A DNA stretch of 64,000 nt, from positions 1,984,001 to 2,048,000 of the forward strand of contig CM114271.1 in the NCBI GenBank assembly GCA_050084515.1, read 5' to 3'. This document shows, piece by piece, positions 53,715 to 64,000 of the stretch (the stretch's first letter is position 1; each line of letters starts with the position of its first letter). The notes under the pieces are model-generated. The model made no database searches and had not been told where the DNA came from. It was given only the letters and a program-made list of their open reading frames with translations. A program made the position numbers and the translations under genes. This stretch comes from Blasia pusilla (Eukaryota).

Positions 53715-56700
53715 TATCATACGCATACACATCGCTACAAAACATACACACAAACCGGCACGATCCCATGCTAACTCATGGCATCCAAACAACGAGACAA
53801 AAGTACCAAAATATCTCCTAAATCAAGATCCAATCTCTCTCAACACCATAGCTCTCAAATATGTGCACTCTCACATGTCTCTCTCAATATCAAACCAAAC
53901 CCACTCTCCTAATGAGAGGCTTGGGTTACACACACAAGACAATCAAGACCATAGCTCCGCCGCCTCATGCCAAGAGGTTCAACAAAGAGAGAATGATCTC
54001 TCAAGCTCTCTCTCCTTGAGGTATATCCCTCCCCTCTCCCAAGATCTCTCTATGGTAACCTATGCTCCAAAGTCACATCCTTGGCTCTTGATCTGATGTA
54101 GGAGGTGAAGGGCCACTAACCAAAAATATAAAGACGACCATATACTCAAAATGGAACTTACCTAAAATAGTAAGTTTCTTAATATGGCTCCAAATGAGCC
54201 GAAACAAAGGAGAAACTACTCTCTCAGGTTTCCTGGGGCCTCAATAGGTCATCCTCAACCTCATGAATCTGTCCTCCACTACTCGCAAAGGCGCTCTAGT
54301 AGATCTCACCGATCTATCCTAAAAGACATGATAGATGTTGTGCGCTTACACATCGCTACATAACATATATCGCTGTCACCGAACACACACATAAACACGC
54401 ACAATCCCATGCTAACTCATGGCATCCAAAAAATGAGACAAGAAGTACCAAAATATCTCCAATCGCCCCCCTAGCTGGTGGTTAGGTCCCTCTAACTCCA
54501 AATAGCCATCTATCCCTACCAACCATGACATACATCTCTCGGACGCTAAGAGCAAGAAGGCCGGGTGCTCATATGGCCCCATCGTTAGTCGCCTTCTTGT
54601 CATCCATATCACAGACACAAGTTGGAATGTAGAATTATCTACTCTATGTACATGTGGGACACATTCATCGTCCTTGAGGAACCCTAGTGAGAGATGGCGT
54701 CAAGCATGCCATATGCCATCCTCTCGAACATCCATCATAGACTAGCATAGTGGATGCACCACGGGCAGAACCACACAACATACATCGTAAGCCTGCAGGA
54801 ACTACTGCTAAGCTTGGATCAACTGTACTGTCAATGTTTGGAAGGTGACACCGCACACAATTACGGACATGGTCCTTCCAATAAGAGAACACCTGATTCC
54901 AAAACCTCACGCATTCTCAAAATGGTGCGCCCTGCAATCACATCCAATATTGTGAGTGCCATCTGCTGCAAGTAGACATAGTCTCCTTGATGAAACCTCC
55001 GGATAGTCGATAACTATCCCCTCGAACAGTTGCATAGCTCAATGTATCCCGATACCGCACAATCGCCAAGTTCTCAAATGTCATGGGCATCACTCTCCAG
55101 AATAACTCAACCCTCTATGAATATGCTCTCATCCATACATCACGATCATCAAGGTTCAATACCTCACCAACATATCGACAAATGGCCGTAGGTAAATCTG
55201 GCTCATGGCTATAAAGCAGCAAATACGGTGAGAAAGACGCTAAGGATGCATGCCTGCTAAATCTGTATCCCATCGCCAACCACGGCAACTGAAGGTCTCA
55301 ATCTTGTCAGTGACCTCTTTGCAAGGCATACTTGCGTAATCCTCTCTTCACGGTCTGCACAACCCTCTCCGCTAGTCCATCCGCCTCAGAATGATCTCGC
55401 AAAGGGGTGCGGTGGTCGATCAGTGCTTGATCACACAAGGCCTAAAACTCCCCGCAAAAATCTGTACCCTGGTCTGTCAACACCTCAACTGGTGCACCGT
55501 AATGACTGAGCACTTGATCAAGGAAGGCATACACTACTCCCTCACTCGCTTTGTCAGACAATGCCACCAACTCTATCCACTTCGAGAAGTGCTCGACCAT
55601 CACCAACACATAATGACTATGGCGCTCTATCAAAGGCAAAGGTCATGCAAAATCCAAACTCCATCTATAACCTAAACCCATGATCGGAAGTGGATGCAAC
55701 TGTGGAGTTGGAGCATTGAACGATGCTCGAACTCGATCACACACAATGCATCTGGTAACAAAGTGTTGAACGTCAGTCTGCATGCCTCGCCATTAATATT
55801 GAATCTGGAGCAAGATGTACGTCCGCTTCACTCCAACATGATCCAACTCCTTGTGGGTATGACGCATCCTACATGTAGTGTCCTACATGTAGGATGAGGA
55901 CACTACATCCTACATGTAGTGTAGGATGAGGGCACTACATGTGTCCCCTCCCACCGAAATCGTCTGGCTCACTGTAGGATTGAATCCCGCTCTCTAGCAC
56001 TCACTGCGCTCACGACGCTACCAGTACGTAGGTACTCCAAGACCACTCCATCGTCGTGAATGTCTCGGCCACCTGTTGTCTCCTCACCGGCCTCTGGATC
56101 TAAGGACTCTCCATCAGACCTTGCCATCGAATTCTCAGCAATTTGGCTCTCCATATCCAACAAGCCCAAATAGGCTAACGCATGCCATCTTGGCACCAAC
56201 TCCTCATCACTCTCACCATGCCAACGAGCTCTAATCACATCTTGCTGACTCGGGCATGGGTTTTGGCTCAAAACATCTGCATCCTGGTTGAACATCCCAG
56301 GTCTATGCACCACTTGGAAGTCATACTCCTGCAACAAAAGATCCAACCTCGCAAGCTTCCCTGTAAGCTTCTTGGACTCCATCAACCACTTAAATGGTTG
56401 GTGATCACTAATGATGATAAAGGGATTTCCGAATAGATAACATCTCAAATGTGCAACAACCCACACTGCAACCAAGCACTCACCCTCATACAAGCTATAC
56501 TTTGCCTCTACAACCTTTTTTGAGCGACTAGCGTAAGCCACCATGAACTCCCTACCATCATCGTCATGTTGGGTGAGCACGGCTTCAAGCCCCAACATGC
56601 TCCAATCGATATGCAATCGAAAGGACGCCCCTTGATCGATCTCCTCAATATGGGCACGGACGTCAATCTATCCTTGAGCATCTAAAATTCTCTCTCTTGC

Positions 56701-58347
56701 TCATTCCCCTAGTGCCACTCCTAATCCACTTTGGTCAGCAAGGTCAGCGGCTTTGCAACCGAGCTGAAACCCTTGACGTACTGTCAATAGAAGCTCGCCA
56801 ATCCAAAATCGACTCACATTTGTATAGGGTGGAATGCGTGAAATAGCCTCTACCTTTGTCTACTACACACAAAGGCCACCTGGATATATTGTATGACCCA
56901 AGTACTCAATCTGGTCGTAGAAGAACTCGGCACTTGCCTGGATGTAGCTTCACCCCATGTAATTGCAATCGTCGGAACACCTCCTCTAGATGTCGCTCAT
57001 GCTCCTCAACCGTGGCACTAAAGATTATGATGTCATCAATATAACACCTAGCAAAATCCAGACCTACCAAGATCCTATCCATGATCCTATGAAACTCATC
57101 CGGGGCATTCTTTAATCCAAATGGTAAGAACCGCCACTGGTACAAGCAATCCTTCTCGTGAGGATCGATGCCCCAAAATGCCGTCTTCTGCCTGTCCTAC
57201 AATCTGATAGGAAATTGATGATATCCGGCTCAAAGATCTAACAAATTGAAGACCTTTGCATGCCCAATAGCATCAAATATCTCCTCAAGAGTGGGCATGG
57301 CATACCTATCCGACTTCATCTGCCGATTGATAGGTCGGTAATCTCCACACATCCGCCTATCCATCCAGTTTCCATGCACATCCTTCTAGGCGGGCATGAT
57401 AGTGGGAGATGCATACTCTCCATGCAACATCTCCACTAGTCCTGCTCCAACCAAGTCATGGCTCCTACTGTGAATCAGAGCCCTCTCCATGTCACTGTAC
57501 CTGTAGGGTCGTCGGAAGATTGGCGTGTCACTCGACAACTCAATGCAGATCCTTAGACCCTTCAGCGTACCCAAATCATGCATACTAAATGCAAAATAGC
57601 TCCTATAGCTCATAAGGAATTAGTGTATCCAGTGCCGCTCTCCTCCTTTCAACTTAGGGCCATATCTAGCTTCCCAATCTCCATCATGACTACGGTAAGA
57701 CTCTCCGGCATGGGTGTCGGTGGTTGCTTTGGTGCAACCCCGTCTTGGACAACAAAACTCAACTGCTCCTCTATAGCCAATTGCAAAATCAGATCTCAAT
57801 GTGCAATACCTGCAACCACGCATGATGTTGTGGCTACCACCTCCTGGCGTACCCGCAAAACATCCGAAGAAGTCCAAGGGTGTCTCTCCCGATCACCCTT
57901 AGTGTGTCAATCTCCTTGGGTCTCGCCCCTAGCCACTGCCTCAACCGTCTTGTTAGGCATGGGGCTCACCAACGCAACTGCAGTGATCTTCGCATCCTCA
58001 AACGATGTTGCTCAGCTACTCCTAAGATGAAAATCCATGTCAAGCAATTAAGGTCCATGGCCTGACCCAAGACATGACGTCGTGATGCCTCTGATTGTGA
58101 TGGTACTATCGTCAGTCCTATGGGGAATCCCATAGCTTGCTCTTGCTTCTTGGAATTGGGCTCCACCAACCTCTGTTCCTGGTCATCCCAAACCAAGCCA
58201 GGCCCCGCCTCCTTGAATGCATAGGAAGCGGGAAAACTCACCAAAGTGGAAAAGGATGTCCATGGCATGCCAATCCTGTTGACTACAGTCCACAACGGTC
58301 GATCATTGTGCCTTATTGCCTGTGATCGACGGCCTGGATCCAATATT
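53715..58347 (-). mobile_element. DNMT/PHD Gypsy-like retrotransposon, copy 3 (3' part)
   Basis: Minus strand order: DNMT C-terminal half, RT, RNaseH, integrase, PHD, then C1 (ends 54336), a 2-bp spacer, A2 (54333-53819) and C2 (to 53715). Interrupted at 58348 by another Gypsy. Confidence 0.92.
54660..58345 (-). pseudogene. pol remnant: DNMT (motifs IX-X), RT, RNaseH, integrase, PHD
   Basis: EQAMGFPIGLT..SEASRRHVLGQAMDLNCL; YQWRFLPFGLKNAP...CYIDDIIIFS; HIDWSMLGLEAVL...SDHQP; VMVEHFSKWIE...VLTDQGTDF; CMLCGS...DGCSRGWHMACL. Confidence 0.92.
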
Positions 58348-61311
58348 TGTGCGACCCTCATAACCAAATAAGCGCAAAGCAAAACATCCAAACTCTAGCG
58401 AGCTCACGCTAGGATGGTTTACGCTTTGGAGTTAAGGCAACACAAGGGCAAGACGCGAGCGAGGCTAGCATTTTGATTGTTTCGTGCATTTATGGTCGTG
58501 ACTAGGAAACCGGAACCAAACGTGAAACTTGGACTTGAGAGGAGTCAAGTCTTGGACGAGACATGGCCTAGGGGTGAAAACCGGACTTGAGACGCACGCA
58601 ATGTTTGGGAGTTTCCGACTGTACTTTTGACCATAACTTTGAGTCCTAAGATGCATTCGGGAAAAGTAAGATAGTGTTGGAAATCTTATGCCAAGCCGAT
58701 TTCAATGCATGGAAGATCTTTACAAACTCCTTTGCAGAGGTTGGGATATGGGCCAAAACTGAATGTAAGAGAATTCAAGTTAAGGGCCGTGGGGCGACTC
58801 AAGGGCCCGGAATAGATGGGGAGTTTGGTGTTGGGAACCTAGGAATGAGAGAAGGTTGAGCTTGATGAGATGCCAAGTTGAGGACTTGGTGGGTTGGGAG
58901 GCCGCTTGATCCAAAGCCACACTAAGGTGAGTGCATTTGGGTGCAAGTTGGCGATGAGAGCGTGTCCTACTGAACATACGCTTCCGCAACACTAAGATTG
59001 ACATTCAAGGAGAGTAGGCACACAACATGTGGTATTAGAGCTAATCCTTGGTGAGTGAGAACTTGGGGTTGTGGGAGTAACCAGACGCTTGGGGGAAACC
59101 CAAGGTAGCGCCAAGATCCAGATGCTCGAGGAGGGATGCAAGAAACAAGGAGGAGATCTGAGTGTGGCGGCTTGAAGATGGCAATCAAGAGAGATGAACC
59201 ACGGAAACGCCGAGTCAAGCGACACGAACCACGGGACGAACCGATGCCGGATTGGGAACCGGTGGACGCTACGCTAAAACTCCCGAGGTACCGAACATCA
59301 GACATGAGGATGTCCCAAACGTGGACCCTCTTGCGAAGCCAGCGGCACCAAACTCAAGTGAGCCAGCCTTCTACGCCCAGATGATGGATTATATGAAGAT
59401 GATGACCAAGCAAGTGTTCATGCAAAACAAGCGGATTGCAGAGCTCAACTCAGATAGAGCTTCAACTTCTGGAAAACAACTCTACAAGACAAACTTGCCC
59501 ACGCCATTCACTAGAGTGGGGCGCGCTCACAAGGTGAAGGATTTCCTTATGGAGATGGAATATTACTTCAGGTGCAGAGGGTAGCAGAACAAGATAAGGT
59601 GGCAGTGGCGGTCAGCTTTCTAAAGGATCATGCGCTATAGTGGTGGACAACGCAATGAGAAGAATATCTGGCCAGCGGTTCACCTCTGAGTTGGGAGGAG
59701 TTCAAGACATTGATTGGTGACCGATTCACACCGGAGTACCAAGAGATTCGTGATAGGGTAGAGCTTGTGCGATTGCGGAAGATTGGGCCCTTAAGCGTTT
59801 ATGTGAGGGAGTTCAGCGCGAAGTTGAACTCCATTCCTAAGATAGATGAGGCATCGCAGATAGCGATCTTCATTGGTGGACTCAAACCAAAAGCAGAGAA
59901 GGCCTTGTACAAAATGCTGGAGTTTCCGAACACCTGCGTGGAGCTTTTGAGGCTGGCGGAGCAGATTGGGACGATGAGGTCTAAACACCGAAGCCCTTTG
60001 AGACCAATTTGTTTTCCAAAAGTTTGAAAAAAAAAGGGGCACCCAAGAGGGTATGGAATGGGGTTGAGCAGGACCAAAGAGAGTCTCTCAACCTGGCGGC
60101 AAAGCGACAGGAACGCCATGCTAAGCCAAAGGGAGCACAACATCCGAAGTTAGGAAACGGAAAGGTGGTATGCTACAATTGTGGCAAACCTGGGCACATG
60201 GCAAAAAGATGCTCCAAACTCAAGGTTAGTAATGGGAGTGTGATTGCATTAGCTGCTAAGCACTTGTCGTCGGGAGGTTTGGAGACCTGCCTTCAAGTCA
60301 CCAAGAGGACGCCCAACTTAATGTACCTAAGATCCAAGATTGCTGATCGCAATGTGATGTTGCTCGTGGATACAGGTGCTTCGCACTCCTTCCTAAGCGC
60401 AAAAATTGTGAAGGAGTTGGGTTTATCAACCTCTAAGATGGACAAGCCCATTCAAGTAGGCTTTGCCGGAGGCAAGTCTCATCAAACTTCCCAGTTGGTA
60501 CTGAGTTTGACGATAGGATGCGGAGTATTCGAGTTGAAGGAGAATTTCACAGTGTGCGAGATGGATGGCATTGATGGAGTCTTGGGGAACACATTCCTGG
60601 ATGCATATGAGATGGAGCTAAGGCAAAGACCATTGAAGTTGAGTGTCTTAGTGAAAGGCAAACGGTTGCAAGTGAGGTTGGTTCGCGAGATGCCCGTGAG
60701 GAAGGAGTTGGTGAACGCCATTACAAGGAGGAGTTTGACCGAGTTGGAGGTTGGATTCCTTTGCTTAATGAGACAAGTGGAGGACACCACTAGCGAGAAA
60801 CATAGCGATCAGGCCGCAGCTTCAAGGGGAATTCCAAGATTGCTATAAAGAGTAGTCAAGGAGTTTGGCGATGTCTTGACAAATGAGCTTCCGAACGAGT
60901 TGCCACCACATAGAGCAGTCGATCACAAGATAGAAGTCACCCGCGGATCTCAACCACCTTCCAAGGCACCATACAGATTGAATCAAGAGAAGCTGGTTGA
61001 GCTGAAAAATTAGTTAAGTGAGCTCTTAGAGAAAGGCTACATTAGAACCAGCAAGTCACCGTATGGAGCGCATGTTCTCTTTATGAAGAAGAAGGATGGA
61101 AAGATGAGACTCTGTGTGGATACTTGTGCGCTGAATAAAGTGACGGTGAGAAAAAATTACCCTCTTCCGAGAATCGATGACCTCTTCAATAGACTCTCAA
61201 GGGCAAAGTACTTTAGTAAGATTGACTTGAAATCACGATATTACCAGATTCGGATTGCTGAAGTAGATGTGGAAAAGATTGCGTGTAGAACGAGATATGG
61301 CTCGTTCAAGT
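58348..61311 (+). mobile_element. Chromovirus-like Ty3/Gypsy element (5' LTR, PBS, gag, protease, RT start), nested in copy 3
   Basis: LTR 58348-59027 (TG..CA); PBS TGGTATTAGAGC at 59030-59041 (iMet type); gag with CYNCGKPGHMAKRC; protease [55 protein letters not shown]. Contains stops and frameshifts. Confidence 0.92.
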
Positions 61312-64000
61312 TATTGAAGATTGAGTTACACCTAAACTGCTACCTTGGGCACTCACACGAAGTAGGGAAGCTTAATCTTAGTTAGTCAGTTAAGCACGAT
61401 TATCTTAACTATGGTTAGTTAATCATAATTAGGCTAACTCGAGACTATGGTTAAGAATAGGGTTAAGGTTGCTTGTACATACCCTATATAATTGAGAAGA
61501 GGACCAACCTCCACTCATTCTCTCATTGCAAATTTTGTTCTCCATGATGGTGTGTGTGTGTGAAAGCCGTTTTCCACTAGTTATGCTTGTGTAGCAGTTT
61601 TCCACATGGTATCAGAGCGGGAGAAGAACATCACTTGAAATTCTTGGTGTTTGAAGAGAGAAGAGAGGCAAGAGAAGGCACAATTTCAGTTTGGGAAAAG
61701 GAAATTTTATTCACAGCTCAGTGGGTGCACATTTCAGGTGGAGCTTTGATGGTGATAAAACTTTGGAGGCGGTTTTAAGGGCTTTCCCGGTCGATTCAGT
61801 CGTCAGGGTCCGCTTTGGCTAGAATGATGCTGAGGGATGATTCTAATTTTCTTGTAGAGCTCGTTGAGAGCTTTCCAATGCATCCAAAATTGCTTGATTC
61901 TCATACTGCAACAATTTCAGTGTAGGAAAGTGCAAATAGTGAAGAAAAGTTGTGCAGTTTGCTCTCTACAGGCCAATTTCAACTAGTTCTTCCATACATT
62001 TGATCAATTTTGGAAAATTTCAGGTCGATTTCTGTGTAGGATTGGTCTATGCTTCATTTGGAGCAGTAGAAAGCCTGAAATTATCTTTTTTATGAGTGAA
62101 ATCGTTTATCATGGAGTATTCCTGAGCAACAATCACCGGAGAAAAGTTAGTCAAGCAGAATTACAATGTCTGGAAGTTTCGCATGAAACAATTTCTCATG
62201 GGTCAAGAACTATGGGAGCTTGTCACAGGTAATGAGGCCAAGCCAGAAGATGACTCAACAGACTTGAATGTTCACGCTTGGAACAAACGCGCAAGGCAAG
62301 TAATGCACTACATTTCAATAATGATCAGTTCGCCAATGATAGGTCACATCCAAGATGTTGATATTTTGAAGGAGACTTGGGATTTATCGGAAAAGCTGTT
62401 CCAGACATCTAAAAAGGCCAGAAAACTTCAATTGAAACAAAAATTGAACGAAGTAAGGAAAGGATCGCAGAGCATCAATGATTATATTTTGAGTATCATA
62501 CATATTGTTGATCAATTGAATAGCATTGGAGTGACAGTAGAAGATGATGATATGATCTTATTCACTCTTCAAGGCCTTCCAAAGGATTACAAGTTCTTTG
62601 AGACCTCTATCTCTGTGAGAGAGAAGTATCCAACCTTTCAAGAGTTAGTTCCTCTGTTGATCAGTGAAGAGATGCGCCTAGCAGGCAGCGGTAGCTCGTC
62701 TAGTCTGCAAGAGAGTGAGCTATTTGCAGGTTATGGATCAAACAGAGGCAGGGGACGTGGCAGATTCTTACGTGGTCGTGGTGGATATCAAACATATGGA
62801 GGAAGAGGCACTCAATATAACATCACTCAATCAACTATGAACCAATACCAGACACAATCACATGGTGGTGATGGTGGAAACCGTTGGGGTCGAGGTCAAC
62901 AGCATAGGGTCGCTGGATCTTGCAATTACTGTGGGATAAAGGGTCACTATGCAAAGTTTTGCTTCAAGAAAAAGATAGATATGAGAACAAGAGCCTTACA
63001 GCAACAAAACTATGTGGAGCAACAACACCAAGAGCAGTACCAAGAACAACAACATTCACAAACGGAGCATCTCTTGGTCATGACTCATCATATGGGAGCA
63101 ATGGTCAAGAAAGACTCGACAGCTGATTGGTACATTGACTCCAGCGCATCAAATCACATGACCTCACAAGAAAAATGGTTCAATAGTTTGGAGCCGGTGA
63201 AAGATCCTGCAATTGTGCTCACAGAAGATGACACTCAACATCATATCACACATACCGGTAAAGTTCCAATAACATCAGATGGTCTTTGTGCTCTTGGAAA
63301 TGTTCTCTATGTTCCTACTATTGCAAGAAATCTGATCTCTGTAGGACAGATAGTAGAACAAGGTTATCAAGTGAAGTTTAACGCAGATGGTTGTTTCATT
63401 GAAACAATGGATGATCAGACTACGATAGCCAAAGGAACTAGATCTGGTAGAATGTTCAAATTAGATGTTTCTATGCCATAGATTTAAACATCAATGTATG
63501 GTCAAATCGACCAACAAGTCACAAATCTAAATGTGTGGCATAAAAGAATTGGACATATGAATCTTCAAAGATTACAGAGTCTTTCATCATCTAATATAGT
63601 AATAGGACTCCCTAAATTAGCGAGTCCTACTACGTTAGAGGTATGTCCTACTTGCCAATTTGGAAAACAAGTTAGATTTCCTTTTCCAAAGTAAGCTAGA
63701 AGAATATCCAAGATATTGGAGTTGATCCACAGTGATGTGTGGACAACATCACAACATAGCCTTAACGGTTGCCAATACTTTATTTCATTTATTGATGACT
63801 TCTCTAGATATATATGGGTATACTTTTTGAAAGCCAAGTCAGAGGTATTCTTAGTGATCCAAACATTCAGAGTTCTAGTAGAGAAGCAGACTAGACAACA
63901 CATTCTGAAATTGGGTTGTGATGGAGGAGGAGAGTATCATTCAACAGAGTTTGATGATTATTTACGTTAGAATAGCATCCAACGTCAAGTAACTTACCAT
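61312..64000 (+). mobile_element. Ty1/Copia element nested in the Gypsy RT, running off the window
   Basis: LTR at about 61312-61606 and a perfect PBS TGGTATCAGAGC at 61607-61618, followed by gag-pol. Confidence 0.93.
62111..64000 (+). pseudogene. Copia gag-protease-integrase remnant
   Basis: UBN2-like gag, CNYCGIKGHYAKFC, protease WYIDSSASNHMT, VWHKRIGH...CPTCQFGKQ, and integrase ELIHSDVW...FIDDFSRYIWVYFLK. In-frame stops at 63481, 63694 and 63970. Confidence 0.93.

Overview
A 64-kb, AT-rich, transposon-dense eukaryotic window that looks like land-plant DNA; a seed-free plant such as a bryophyte is my inference only. It holds one recognisable host gene (45156-45611, a small basic plant protein of unknown function) and many nested, decayed TEs: a structurally complete 13.5-kb CACTA element (TIRs plus TAT TSD), Helitron remnants, a hAT remnant and a related MITE, a chromovirus-like Gypsy with several solo or partial LTRs, and a Copia element. 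The main observation is three partial copies (19608-28172 +, 32752-39253 -, 53715-58347 -) of an unusual Ty3/Gypsy-like family. Pieced together from the copies, its polyprotein reads Gag-protease-DNMT3-like cytosine methyltransferase-RT-RNaseH-DDE integrase-PHD finger. Its termini are not ordinary LTRs but split, permuted direct repeats (A...C-nn-A-C) bounded by a 4-bp TSD. It also has a self-complementary, non-tRNA primer site after the 5' A repeat and a G-rich tract before the internal C repeat. This layout is what integration of a 2-LTR circle at an LTR-internal TGACA-nn-TGTCA junction would produce. All copies are pseudogenised. Coordinates were read by eye and no database searches were run.
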